Assembly (NCBI GenBank): GCA_963790045.1
Contig: CAWBMS010000011.1
Span: forward strand, 260,715-324,714
Direction of reading: 5' to 3'
Length of the DNA: 64,000 nt
DNA from: Ignavibacteriota bacterium
GTDB lineage: Bacteria; Bacteroidota; Ignavibacteria; UBA10030
The notes beneath the pieces were generated by a model that did not search any database, was not told the origin of the DNA, and saw only the letters and a program-made list of their open reading frames with translations. Both the position numbers and the translations under genes were made by a program. Numbering within the stretch: position 1 is the stretch's first letter; every line of letters begins with the position of its first letter. Below are positions 52,475 to 64,000 of the stretch, piece by piece.

Positions 52475-55340
52475 ATGCACTCATTTAAATTGTATTGGAG
52501 AGTAATGATCAACTTTTTTTTCTTGCTGGCGATTTTGACCATTATGACGTTTCTGACGCTTAGTGTTTTATCCCAGATAGAAAAAAACTTTACACAAGCT
52601 TCGGTGAATGTTAAGACGCTTCAAACGTTGGAACGGTTCCAAATTCTTTGCTCGGATATTCGCAATGCTGCAGATACGTATATGTTTATGCCATCTGAAG
52701 GAAAAAGAAATATCTATGACGAATGCTGGAAAGAATTTGATATTGATATTGCCGCGGTGCAACAATCATTTCCAGATTCTCTTGATCGTGAGACATTGAA
52801 AGAAATCCGTTCTTTGTTTCATGCGTGGGTTGTGAATATCGGAGATAAAAAAATGATGGTAACGTCAGAAAAAATATCTCCCGATGCATTTTCCAATGAG
52901 GTTCGGCAGTTGGTTCAGGCAGAGCAAGCCACACAGTATCTTGAGAATGCAACGCTCTTAGTGAAGAATTTATATAATCGTAAACTTATGGCAGTACCGA
53001 ACTATATTGATTCTTCCCTCGGATATGAAAAACGCATTCGAATTTATATCACCGTCATGAATGTGATGCTCGCCATTTTTTCTTTGGCACTTGGTTTTTT
53101 CTTGACCCGTTCTATTACCAAACCGTTGGCTCGGCTGCAAGAAGGTACGCACAACATTATGAAAGGCGATTTCACACCTATCGACCTGCGTTGTCATGAC
53201 GAGTTGGGAAAGCTTGCCGATGATTTTAATCAGATGTCCACGTTGCTTCAAAATAATTATCATCGCATCAATGCGTATTCAGAATTGATGACGACCTTGA
53301 ATAAACATGAAGGATTGGCGTCGGTGCAAAGCTCCAGTATTGAAATGCTCTGCCAACACACGCAAGCATCCGTCGGCGCGTTGTATCTCTGGAATACAGA
53401 AAAAAATATTCTGCAAATCGCAGCGAGTTATGCGTTGAGAAATGAGGCGGCTGTTGAATCGTATCGATTAGGAGAAGGCATTCCTGGACAATGTGCCGTA
53501 AAACGTACGACCATCGAAGTGAGCGATGTCGGCCGCGCCATAGATTTTGTGATCGATACGGGCATCGTCAGCGTGGTGCCGGAGCATGTTTTAGCGACAC
53601 CCATTTTATTTCAGGAAAATTTATTAGGCGTGTTGCTGCTCGGTTCTACTCAGCCGTTTGACGAATTGCGCCGGGAGATTATTCAAAACTCTGTGCCGCA
53701 AATCGGCGTTGCGTTGACGAACGCTATGAACTTTGAATCGACGAAACGGCTATCACATGAAGTTGCGGCGAAGAATGAAGAACTGAATACGAAGAATACC
53801 GAACTTCAACGAGCGTATCGTGTGAAGTCCGACTTTCTTTCCAATATGTCGCATGAACTGCGAACGCCGTTGAATTCTATTATTGGTTTTACGTCGGTTT
53901 TGCTGGAACCGCATGGCGATCCGCTGACGGACGATACAAAAACAGCGTTGGAAAAAGTTTTAAAGAACGGCAAACACCTCTTGCAGCTTATCAATGATAT
54001 TTTGGATTATTCCAAAATCGAATCCGGCCGGACGACAATTAACGTTGATGCCGATACGGTGGCGAGCATCGTAGCCAATTGTTTGGTAACCATCGAACCG
54101 ATGGTGACGACGAAAGGTGTCAAACTACAAACGCAAATCGAAGATGAACTGCCGATACTTCAGACAGACATCTTAAAAGTAAAACAGATATTATTGAATC
54201 TTCTGAGCAACGCTGCGAAATTTACCGATCAAGGAACCATTACAGTTGTTGCAAAAAATTCCAACGGAATGGTTGCAATCGCAGTCAAAGATGACGGTAT
54301 CGGAATCGAAAGTAAAAATCTCGGCAGTGTGTTTGAAGAATTCCAACAGATCGATTCCAGCAATTCCAGAAAGCATAAAGGCACAGGATTGGGGCTTGCC
54401 ATTGCCCGTAATTATGCGCGGTTGCTTGGCGGCGATCTCACGGTAGAAAGTGTTTTCGGAACGGGATCGACCTTCACACTTATTATTCCTCCGGTGTTTT
54501 CACCAGAACAAACCGGTACACAAACGCTGCGAGATAACCCTTCTCCATCCTCTGCATCAGTTGTTCCTTCCGTATCGCAAGCACTAATACGAAGAACGCC
54601 GATTTCTCCTACCGGTACCTTGGTCTTATGTATCGATGACGAACCGGATGTGATTGAGTTGATGAAACGCTTTTTAATTCCTGAAGGATATGCAGTGCAG
54701 TCGGCAACATCCGGCGATGAAGGCATACGGCTTGCAGAGCAGTTGCATCCCTCTGTCATTACATTAGATATTATGATGCCGGTAAAAGACGGCTGGCAAG
54801 TGTTGCGCGAATTAAAAAATAATCCGAAGACAAAAGACATACCCGTGATCATTCATTCCATCATCGACAATAAACCGCTGGCGATTTCTCTGGGCGCATT
54901 GGATGTCATTACCAAGCCGTCTGATGCAAAACAAATCCTTGCGGTTGTCGAGCATGCATGCCATACGAAAGATCAAACGATTTTAATCGTGGATGATGAT
55001 GGAGATTTTTCCGATGTGCTCCGGCAAATACTTCAGCGCGAAGGATATTCGGACGTTGTCGGTTCTCAACGGCGATGAAGCATTAAAAACGCTTGAGGAT
55101 CTAAATCCTGCCTTGATTTTTCTGGACTTAAAAATGCCTGGGATGGATGGCTTTGCGGTGTTGGAACATCTGCGCGCTGACGATCGATGGCAAAACATCC
55201 CTGTCGTAATTCTTTCCGGTGCCGATGTTTCGGATGCACAACGTGTCATGCTACAACAGCGCACACAGGATTTTATTGAAAAAGGAAAATTTTCAAAAGA
55301 ATTGATTTCTCAAACCATTAAACGGACAATTGCACGATAA
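52475..55340 (+). CDS. Hybrid sensor kinase (periplasmic sensor-HAMP-GAF-HisKA-HATPase-REC-REC), +1 frameshift at ~55048
   Basis: SHELRTPLNS and GTGLGLAI motifs, two REC domains; removing one T gives GYRTLSVLNGDEAL. Confidence 0.9.
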
Positions 55341-56485
55341 TGGAACAGACGGATACAAATCATGAAGCCGGTATGAATTCTCAACCATCGATTCTCGTGG
55401 TAGATGATACCGAAGACAATCTTGATTTTTTAGAATTTGCGCTCAAACGAAAACCGATTCGTATGTTGCGTGCCACGAGCGGTCCGCAATGCATCGTGAT
55501 CGCAACTGAAAAACAACCGGATGTGATTTTACTAGATATCCAAATGCCGGGAATGGATGGATTTGAAACGCTAAAACATCTGCGGTCTTCGAAAAAGACG
55601 ATGAATATTCCTGTGATCTTTTTAACGGCACAGCGAAGAGACCCAACCAGCATAGAGCAAGGTCTGGCGCTTGGTGCAGAAGAATATTTAACGAAGCCCA
55701 TCGATGTGGATGAACTTTTTGTCCGCACGCGTTCGTTGATTCGCTTGAAAAAGGCAGAGGCGGAGTTGGAACGCACCAAAGCAGATTTTACCGCAATGCT
55801 GGTACACGATCTTCGCGGTCCCATCGGTGGGATGAAAGGCGTACTGGAAACGATTAAAGACCAAATTGAGCAAGGATTGCCGCTGGAAGATGTGCACGGG
55901 CAATTGGTCGATACGGCGCTCGATCTATCGCAATATATTTTGAACATCATCAACAACATGCTTGATTTATCGAAATTCGAAGCGGGGAAAATGAAACTTA
56001 AATGTGAACCGCTTTCGGTTTCAGAAATTGTCACCTCGATCGTAACACAAGTGGAACATCAATTTGTAAAAAGGCAAATCCAATTAGTTGTGAACATTGA
56101 CACTAATCTGCCTGCTGTGAACGCCGACCGACAAAAATTTAGTCAAATCATTATGAACATCTTGCATAATGCGTTGAAGTTTGTTCCGTCGAAAGGATTG
56201 GTGACGGTTGCTGCAAAACGCACGTCTTTCATTTCTGCCGGATATGAAAAACGTGACGGCATCGAAATTTCGATCAGCAATAACGGGCCAACGATTTCGC
56301 CGCAAGAAATATCAACACTGTTTGAACGCTACAAGCAAACAGCTTCTTCAACACTGGTGATGGAAAAAGGAACAGGGCTAGGACTTGCAATTTGCAAAAT
56401 GATTGTGGAATCGCATGGGGGAACAATTAACGCGGAAAGCATTTCGCATGGGTTAACCACATTTCGATTTACGTTGCCATTGTAG
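55340..56485 (+). CDS. REC-HisKA-HATPase hybrid kinase/response regulator
   Basis: LLDIQMPGMDG, HDLRGP and GTGLGLAIC motifs. Confidence 0.9.
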   Translation: MEQTDTNHEAGMNSQPSILVVDDTEDNLDFLEFALKRKPIRMLRATSGPQCIVIATEKQPDVILLDIQMPGMDGFETLKHLRSSKKTMNIPVIFLTAQRRDPTSIEQGLALGAEEYLTKPIDVDELFVRTRSLIRLKKAEAELERTKADFTAMLVHDLRGPIGGMKGVLETIKDQIEQGLPLEDVHGQLVDTALDLSQYILNIINNMLDLSKFEAGKMKLKCEPLSVSEIVTSIVTQVEHQFVKRQIQLVVNIDTNLPAVNADRQKFSQIIMNILHNALKFVPSKGLVTVAAKRTSFISAGYEKRDGIEISISNNGPTISPQEISTLFERYKQTASSTLVMEKGTGLGLAICKMIVESHGGTINAESISHGLTTFRFTLPL

Positions 56486-56521
56486 CGTTGACGGACGATG
56501 TATTTCGCCGGAGTTGCGATG

Positions 56522-58129
56522 TTATTCGTCTGATTCCGGCGTGGTTATGTCCGTATGGCTGTTCAATCCTTCTTGCAGCGTTTTTTCATACACGGTTTTG
56601 TATTGCTTAATGCCGTTGAACAACGCTGCGGCAATTTTATCCTGCCCGCTTTCGCTTCGCAGCACCTGTTCTTCGCGTCGGTTGGAAAGATAACCGAGTT
56701 CCACTAACGCATTGGGCATCGACGCGCCAACCAGTACATAAAAGCCCGCTTGTTTGACGCCGCTGTTTTTGATTTTAAGATTTGCAGACATAGAATGAGA
56801 AGCAATAGACGCAAACTGCTCGCTGTATTTCATATACGCGCTTTGTGCCATCGTGACAAGGATAAATTCTTCTTCCGTTAATTTTTGGTAACGATTCTGG
56901 TAATTGTCTTCCAATTGCACCACTTCGTTTTCGCGCGAAGCAATAGCGATTGCCTCCTGAGTCCGCCCGGGGCGCAGTAAATAAATTTCAAATCCGCTGA
57001 TGCTGGTGGTAGGATGCGGCAGGGAATTGCAATGAATGCTGACGAAGAGTTTTCCGCCTGCTTCGTTTGCGATTTGTGTACGACGGTAGAGTTCAACGAA
57101 CTTATCGGTCTTGCGTGTATAGACGACCTTAACGCCAGGGAGATTTTGTTCGATCAGTGCGCCAAGTTTTAACGCCACGGCAAGCGTAATATCCTTTTCG
57201 CGCGTGCGCATGACACCGATGGTGCCTGGGTCTTTGCCACCATGTCCCGCATCGATAACGATGACGTCTAATTTCCATTTGTTGCGCGAGAGATTGCGCT
57301 TTGCTTGCTCTTGCTGCTTCAATGCTGCTTCTGCTTTGGCGCTTGCGCTCCGCGTATGCAGTGAGAAAAGAATATTGTCGGTTGTCGGATCGGTAACATA
57401 GTCCGCCTGTTCAACATCGGACGACACGCGGAATGTCAACTGCAACGATGACGGAGATTGAAACGCCATTATTCTTTTAACGACACCGAACGGTTTCGTA
57501 TTATTCAATGCAATGGTGTCGCCGCGCGCATTGTTGATGGTGAGGAACAGCCAGCCATCCGGCTTGAGCCAGTGCTCGATGTCTTTATCTTTAATGTTCT
57601 TTTCCGCTCCGATATTGATAAGATATCCGTTCAATTTTTTTTCAATATGGATGTCAGTAATATCGTATTTCGAACGACGTTTGGTTTTGAATGAAACGAT
57701 CTGTTGTGCGGTATCGTACCGGATATTATCTCCGCTCACTTGCTGATAGAACGGCAGGAAAGAAAAGGCAGGGACATACCATACACCCTGGCGACGGATG
57801 ACATTCGATGGCAATTGATAAACCGTGGAATTGTTCGAAACACGTTCGGTAATGACGACGAACGGACTATGCGACGTAAATCGGATGAGCTGCGCCGAAA
57901 TAAGCACTTCGATTTTTCCGAGACTATCGTTTATGGCGATGGGAATTTTCAATGTATCGAAAAAACTGTTCAACGCAATATAGGAAACGCCTGCGCTATC
58001 GAATCGTTCCACATTGGCTGTATCGCCAGTTTGTGTGATAAGCGTAAAGTACGTTGCACTGTTTTCACCGAACGCCGGTGTACACAGAAAAAGGAATAAT
58101 AAAACAGTGTTTCTGCCGATTGTTTTCAT
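56522..58129 (-). CDS. N-acetylmuramoyl-L-alanine amidase (Amidase_3)
   Basis: IDAGHGGKDPG, SIHCN and LVELGY motifs; signal peptide. Confidence 0.92.
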   Translation of the reverse strand: MKTIGRNTVLLFLFLCTPAFGENSATYFTLITQTGDTANVERFDSAGVSYIALNSFFDTLKIPIAINDSLGKIEVLISAQLIRFTSHSPFVVITERVSNNSTVYQLPSNVIRRQGVWYVPAFSFLPFYQQVSGDNIRYDTAQQIVSFKTKRRSKYDITDIHIEKKLNGYLINIGAEKNIKDKDIEHWLKPDGWLFLTINNARGDTIALNNTKPFGVVKRIMAFQSPSSLQLTFRVSSDVEQADYVTDPTTDNILFSLHTRSASAKAEAALKQQEQAKRNLSRNKWKLDVIVIDAGHGGKDPGTIGVMRTREKDITLAVALKLGALIEQNLPGVKVVYTRKTDKFVELYRRTQIANEAGGKLFVSIHCNSLPHPTTSISGFEIYLLRPGRTQEAIAIASRENEVVQLEDNYQNRYQKLTEEEFILVTMAQSAYMKYSEQFASIASHSMSANLKIKNSGVKQAGFYVLVGASMPNALVELGYLSNRREEQVLRSESGQDKIAAALFNGIKQYKTVYEKTLQEGLNSHTDITTPESDE

Positions 58130-58285
58130 GAATCGGTGTTCATAGATAATCTGGACACATAGTAATATTGTCACTTTCAGCTACAAAATCAATTGATAAC
58201 ACAAAGATGAAAAAAATTACATTTTCTCTCTGCGAACTTTGTTCCTACTTTGCAGTCACTGCGTTTTAAAATTTAGAAGAAAGAA

Positions 58286-58933
58286 CTATTTTAAAATTTC
58301 TCCCGTCTCGAAACTCCAGAACAGCAAATCCATTTCATTGATCGGAATGCCGGTAATCAATGCAAATCTCTGAAACCGGCGTTCGATACGGAAATATGCT
58401 TTGCGCGAAATCGTTTCGGGAATGGTGCGGATGGCGCCGTAACGTTTCAGATTTCGTAAAATATGCCTGTCGAGAATCGCAAGTTCGCCGTTCTGCCCGA
58501 TGTTGCGTAAAAAATGTGTTGCTTCTTTGTATCCCAATCCCTTCACATTCTTCACAAGCCATTCGCGTGTTTCTGATGCAGGATGCTGCTGGAGAAGAAT
58601 GGATTGAATTTCTGAAAACTGTTCTTTCAATAGTAAAAGGTGGTTGGATTTTGTGCGATGAAAACGGATGTAATGTTCTTTGTCCCGCAAGATCGATTCA
58701 GGATTGAATGTGTGATGTTGAAAATTGTTTGCAAGAAGAATTTTAACAACTGCCGCCGCATTGCGTGCGCTGGATTGCGGCGTGAGCAGGCAATACACAA
58801 GTTCATAAAAGTAATCGTTCGGCGAGACAGAACGAAATTCTTCCAATCGATTTTGAATTGCTTCTTTTCGTTCCTGATACAAAAGAAGTATATCCTCCGG
58901 CAATTTCGATTTTTCTTGTAAATGGGATTTCAT
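58286..58933 (-). CDS. ogg: 8-oxoguanine DNA glycosylase/AP lyase, archaeal/Thermotoga Ogg type
   Basis: ELVYCLLTPQS, REWLVKNVKGLGYKEATHFLRN, AILDRHIL and DLLFW...GEILK motifs. Confidence 0.85.
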   Translation of the reverse strand: MKSHLQEKSKLPEDILLLYQERKEAIQNRLEEFRSVSPNDYFYELVYCLLTPQSSARNAAAVVKILLANNFQHHTFNPESILRDKEHYIRFHRTKSNHLLLLKEQFSEIQSILLQQHPASETREWLVKNVKGLGYKEATHFLRNIGQNGELAILDRHILRNLKRYGAIRTIPETISRKAYFRIERRFQRFALITGIPINEMDLLFWSFETGEILK

Positions 58934-59844
58934 CAGGGAAGCGAAAGAAATATTTTTTTACGCGTTGTCGTTATCGCAACAAGTCCATCGCGTTGAAGGC
59001 GAAGGGCAAGTGTTTCAATCCAGTGCTTATCGGATAATGTGAAATGCTCTTTGATTCGTTTGCCAAGTTTTTGCAATTCCACCGGATGATGATCGTTTGT
59101 GTTGCGTAATAGTTCGATAATCTTTCCGCGATAAATTCTATCGGGAATAAATTTTGTCGATGCAGCTTTTGTTTTGTGGATTCGTCCGACACGATATGCG
59201 CTTGAACAATTTGGCTGTGCCGGACAATTTGCGCAGTCGGGATTCGATGCCGTACAAATCATTGCGCCCAAATCCATCAGCGCCTGATTCCAATTGTACG
59301 CGCTACGGCGGGAAAATGCGAGCGATGCAAGTCGCCAGTCATCGATGCGATTTGTTCTGCTGCCATAGATTCGCCTTAGGACACGTCGAATATTTGTATC
59401 GACTACAGGAACCTGCTGCTCAAATGCAAAGCACGCAACGGCATGTGCGGTATATTTTCCAATTCCGGGTAATTGTTGAAGTGCATCAATATCGTGCGGT
59501 AATGTTCCATGGAATTCATTCGTTATGATAATTGCGATTTGACGAAGACGCAGAGCACGATTGTTATAGCCCATTCCTTGCCATGCGCGAATGATTTCTG
59601 CCGGTGTAGAAGCGGCGAGCGAAGCAAAGTCCGGAAAGCGTTTGAGAAATTCCGGATACTTGATGAGTACACGCGAAACCTGCGTTTGTTGAAGCATGAT
59701 TTCCGAAACAAGAATGCGGTATGGATTACGCGTTTTTCGCCATGGAAGCTTGCGTTGATTCAGAAGATACCATGGAAGAATGGATTTAGTGATTTTCGAT
59801 TTTCGATCTTCGATTGCGGATTGTAAATGTGTCGAAGAACTCAT
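58933..59844 (-). CDS. mutY: A/G-specific adenine glycosylase (short form)
   Basis: SEIMLQQT, GMGYNNRA, LPGIGKYTA, VDTN, MDLGAMIC and Fe-S Cys motif. Confidence 0.92.
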   Translation of the reverse strand: MSSSTHLQSAIEDRKSKITKSILPWYLLNQRKLPWRKTRNPYRILVSEIMLQQTQVSRVLIKYPEFLKRFPDFASLAASTPAEIIRAWQGMGYNNRALRLRQIAIIITNEFHGTLPHDIDALQQLPGIGKYTAHAVACFAFEQQVPVVDTNIRRVLRRIYGSRTNRIDDWRLASLAFSRRSAYNWNQALMDLGAMICTASNPDCANCPAQPNCSSAYRVGRIHKTKAASTKFIPDRIYRGKIIELLRNTNDHHPVELQKLGKRIKEHFTLSDKHWIETLALRLQRDGLVAITTTRKKIFLSLP

Positions 59845-60236
59845 GCGGTCACAAGTTTTTCGACAAATGATTTATTGCCTTCCAGAATATCGAACTGCAG
59901 TAATTCGGAAGTTGGAACCCAGCGAAACTGTTCGAAGACGTTGTTTGTGAGTTCACCTTTAAAATTGCCGACATCGCAATATGTCACTTCAAATATTCCG
60001 CCGTCTTCGTAATATGCAGATTGTGTTTCAATGATTTGAATGGACGATGCTTCAATAGAAAGTTCTTCGCGCAATTCGCGAATGAGGCATTGTTCAACGG
60101 TTTCTCCTGTTTCTAACTTGCCGCCGGGAAATTCCCATTTCAATTCATATCTGCCACATTTTTTTCTCTGGCAGAGAAGTATTCTGTTATCCTGATGAAT
60201 AATTCCGACCGCGACTCGGGTTATTTTTTTATTCAT
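59841..60236 (-). CDS. mutT: NUDIX 8-oxo-dGTP diphosphatase-like protein
   Basis: WEFPGGKLETGETVEQCLIRELREEL Nudix box. Confidence 0.8.
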   Translation of the reverse strand: MNKKITRVAVGIIHQDNRILLCQRKKCGRYELKWEFPGGKLETGETVEQCLIRELREELSIEASSIQIIETQSAYYEDGGIFEVTYCDVGNFKGELTNNVFEQFRWVPTSELLQFDILEGNKSFVEKLVTA

Positions 60237-60387
60237 ACTAAAATATACCCAAACAGCATCCCACTTCCAACGTTCGTTATGAAATTATTATGAACGAGCT
60301 TTGGTGATTCATGATGTTGCATTGGCAGTGAAAAAGCGTATATTAAAATCAAGTGAATTTTTAATATTATAATAGTATAGGTGTTTT

Positions 60388-63300
60388 ATGAAACGGTTCC
60401 TAACGAGTTGTTTATTGTCTTTTTGTATTTGCACTCATTTTCTCCTTTCTCAAGCTTTAGATATTTCAGGATATAAGATTGTGCAAGCGAACGCCTCTTC
60501 GAGTATAACATTACCATTGGGTACGTCGATTGAACCGGGAGGGTACGTTGTTATTGCACGCAATCAATCACAGAGTGCATTCGAGACGGCATGGAACACA
60601 ACACTTGGTTCGAATGTCGTCTTTATTAATGGATATACCGTGATTGGTGGAAATGGATTTCCCACAATCAATGGAAGTGAAACCTATACGCTTCAGAACG
60701 CTTCCAGTGTGACTATCGATGGACCAACGGTTGCTGAATCAACATCAGGTGGTGACAATCTCACACGTTTGCATGTTAGCGATGCATCAAGCGTTGAAGG
60801 AAGTTGGACTCGTTCATCCGCATCAATAGTCACGAATGCGAGTCCGGGCTCTGGTATGACCAATACCAATACCGGTAAATTAATAATCAGTGAATTTTCA
60901 GATGCTTCGACGTATAACAATGAATTTGTAGAATTGTTTTATGATGTAACGCCAATAGCAAAAGGTCAGGGATCGGTCAATGTCAGTCCGACGTTATGGA
61001 AGTACCGATGTTTCGACAACACTTCAGTTTGTGTTTAAACCTCAGACTGGCACACTTAAAGGACTGCAATTTGTAAAACCTGCGCTATTCAATTGGAATT
61101 CTGCTTCCATCAATGTTCAGCCAGCTTCTGCAGCCGTTTCATTTGTAGCTGACACCGTCACCATCAGTAATATTCAATTAAGTGGAAGTGATAGTATCAT
61201 TGTTTCAATTCCCAATGTCACTACCGTGGATACCGTTGAGCAATTTGGATTTGGTTTTAAATCAAGTACGAACGACACCATTTTTTTACCACTGAATGTC
61301 CAGCCAAAAGTATCCGTGTACGGCAGTATACATCCGATGAGCTATGTGAAGACCAAAGACGGATCAGGAAATTATATTTATGCAGGAAAATATGTTGTAG
61401 TGCAAGGTATTGTCACAGTGGCAAATGAATTCGGCGGGCCAAGTTATATCCAGGATGCAACGGCAGGTATATCGGTGTACGATTCCAGTGTGTCGAAGAA
61501 TGTTGAGCGTGGCGATGAAGTGGTGTTGCTGGGTTTGGTCTCTCCTTATCAAAATATGTTTGAACTCAATCCATGCACACTTCTGCAAGTCATCAGTCAA
61601 GGAAATGCTGTCGATACTCCAACAGTATCCATTGCAGCAATTAAAGCTCAAAATCAAAATGGAGTTGAATCGTATGAGTGTCGTTTAATACGAGTCAATA
61701 ATATATCCTCTGTGCTGGGATCTACCAAATCACCTTCGGCGACATGGGGCGCGACTGGAGTTGCAACCACAATGTATTTGTTGTCTGGAACAGACACGCT
61801 GCAGACTTACATCAAAGCAAACAATAATTTGTGTAATACATCCACTCCGTCGGGGACATTTGATGTCGTTGGAGTATTGGGACAACATTATACCGACTAT
61901 CAAATTTTGCCTAGAACGTATGAGGACATCATTGTTGATAACGCTGGCCCTCGCATTACCAGCGGTGCACCGTACGAAGGCAATATGAACTCTACCAGCA
62001 TTACATTTAACTGGACAACAGATTCTCCCGGAAACTCCATCGTTATTCGCGGACTGACTTCAACCTACACTGACACGTTGATAGATACAAATAAGGTGAT
62101 GACGCACCAACTTGTTGTCAGCCATCTTGCTTCGGCGACTATTTATCATGTTAAACTTGGATCGACGAATGCTGTTGGTACAACCTATACCAATGATTAT
62201 CTTGTCTCGACAGCTTCAAAAACTTCAGCGGGAACGATGAATGTGTATTTCAATCATTCGGTTAATACAACATTGGCAAAGGGAGAAAATGCTCGTGCAG
62301 TTGGCGATAGTATGTATTTGAAACTGATAAATCGTATCAATGCTGCAACGTACCTCTGTTGATGTTGCCTTGTATAGTTTAAGTGGAACAGTGGGAAATA
62401 ATGTGGCTGCCGCATTGATTGCTGCAAAAAACCGCGGCGTGAAAGTACGTGTCATTGGTGAAGCAGACAACCGGGGCACAGCACCATGGTCAACTCTTTC
62501 CAGCGCGGGCATTACGGTGATCTTTGATACATTTGATGCGACAAATGCGGGCGCCGGTTTGATGCACAATAAATTTGTAATTATCGATAATCGAGATACA
62601 ACGTCCGACACAGATGATTGGGTGTGGACGGGTTCGTGGAATGCGACAGATCCTGGCAATACCAATGATGCTCAGAACGTGATTGAGATCCAGGATAAAG
62701 CGCTGGCGAATGCGTACACGACAGAATTCAATGAAATGTGGGGAAGTACCACAGATACACCGAATGCCGCAACCTCTCGTTTCGGCGCTCGAAAACTTGA
62801 TAATACTCCTCATTATTTTATTATCAATGGAACACCCGTAGAGTTGTACTTTAGTCCATCTGATGGAACAACGGGAAAAATCATTAAGACGTTAAACAAA
62901 GCGTCGAAATCAATTGATGTTGCTCTTCTTTCATTTACACGTAGCGACATAGCCAATGTGATGATTGCAAAAAAGAAAGCTGGAGATGCTGTGCATGCGC
63001 TTGCAGATGTGAAGGATGCGTCATGGTCGGTGTTCGATACTCTTGTCTCCAGCGGGATTGAAGTTCGAGTAAAGGGAAACGATGTTACCGGTTTTCTCCA
63101 TCACAAATATGCAATTGTTGATGCTGAGACGAATCATGCAGATCAATATGTGATCACAGGGTCACACAATTGGAGTAGCAGCGCAGAAAATTCAAACAAC
63201 GAAAACACACTCATCATTAACAGTCCGCACATTGCCAATTTGTATTTGCAAGAATTTTCGGCTCGGTACACTGCGGCAGGCGGCACAGATGTGTTAATGG

Positions 63301-63593
63301 GGATAGAAACAATAAGCAATATAGCACCCAAAGTATTTCGGTTGCTGCAAAATTATCCCAATCCGTTTAATCCCACAACATCAATTTCTTATGATGTACC
63401 GTTAAAGAGCAATGTAAGTTTGAAGGTGTTTGATGTCCTTGGACGAAAAATTGTCACGCTGGTACAAAAAGAACAATCTGCCGGATCATATCGAGTGCAG
63501 TTCGATGCATCGAAACTTTCCAGCGGTATTTATTTCTACCGCTTGCAAGCGGGATCGTTTGTGAATTCACGAAAAATGGTATTGCTGAAGTAA
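60388..63593 (+). CDS. Secreted multidomain protein: lamin-tail-like, OB-fold, Fn3-like, two HKD phospholipase-D/nuclease domains and a T9SS-type CTD; +1 frameshifts at ~61006 and ~62354
   Basis: IEPGGYVVIA, VVQGIVT..GDEV, MHNKFVIID, LHHKYAIVD, TGS.N and QNYPNPFNPTT motifs; extra C at TAC C twice. Confidence 0.85.
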
Positions 63594-63612
63594 AAACAGA
63601 AAGAAGTAATTG

Positions 63613-63653
63613 AAGCCGGCAATTTCTTTTTGAGATGGCCGGCTTTTTGTTTT
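63613..63653 (+). terminator. Rho-independent terminator
   Basis: AAGCCGGC...GCCGGCTT followed by a T tract. Confidence 0.75.
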
Positions 63654-63715
63654 GTACAATAGAGTTTGTCTTGCCTTTCACGCCAGCATTTCTTAATTTG
63701 AATTTGGCGATACAC

Positions 63716-64000
63716 ATGCCCCGATTCACACTGGAACAAATACGATCCGTTTTTGCGAATGGCAAAGATTTTAACGACATCTTCGACGTGTTCAAAGATG
63801 CGCTGGCGCAGGGTATTCAAGATTTAGAGTTATACCGATTATTATTTTGGAACACCTCTCTCGCGCCAGACGAGTTGTGTTTGTTTGGAGGAAAACTTGC
63901 ATGCGTGTTTCCACATCTTGCATACGATACGTATATGTGGCTTGCCAACGTGTTTGAAGTTACGCATTCTTCGTATGACAACTTTGAGCTTGCCGTCAAT
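63716..64000 (+). CDS. Hypothetical protein, 3'-truncated by the window edge
   Basis: Open frame MPRFTLEQIRSVFANGKDFNDIF...NFELAVN runs to the window end; absent from the ORF track. Confidence 0.65.
   Translation, partial: MPRFTLEQIRSVFANGKDFNDIFDVFKDALAQGIQDLELYRLLFWNTSLAPDELCLFGGKLACVFPHLAYDTYMWLANVFEVTHSSYDNFELAVN

Noticed and set aside
198-63999. Numerous short overlapping or antisense ORFs in the ORF track
   Set aside because: They are shadows of well-supported genes with no recognisable motifs

Overview
A 64-kb chromosomal segment from an Ignavibacteria-like (FCB group) bacterium, inferred from the T9SS-type C-terminal sorting domains, bshA, GGGP synthase and gene content. It is mostly housekeeping: an envelope TPR/TonB cluster, gmhA-GGGPS-alaS-clpS, icd, ogt-pcrA, a full Suf operon plus SOD, parAB, two-component systems, an amidase, a mutT-mutY-ogg operon and a secreted PLD-family protein. 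The best candidate system is an AT-rich two-gene cassette at 32263-35265. It encodes a catalytically dead, apparently PAZ-reduced long prokaryotic Argonaute (632 aa) immediately followed by a stand-alone SIR2-family NADase. A 9x21-bp degenerate tandem array precedes it, and it sits in a REP-rich accessory region with a DUF559 endonuclease. Other features not called by the ORF track: a tRNA-Leu(CAA), a degenerate tRNA-Leu 5' half 6.3 kb upstream of it that brackets a signalling island, an internally deleted wcaJ-like gene fused at a short shared junction, two AT-rich insertions in alaS, and 7-bp periodic micro-repeats inside genes. About a dozen frameshifts or stops in conserved genes are most likely sequencing errors. 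All calls come from motif recognition; no database search was run.
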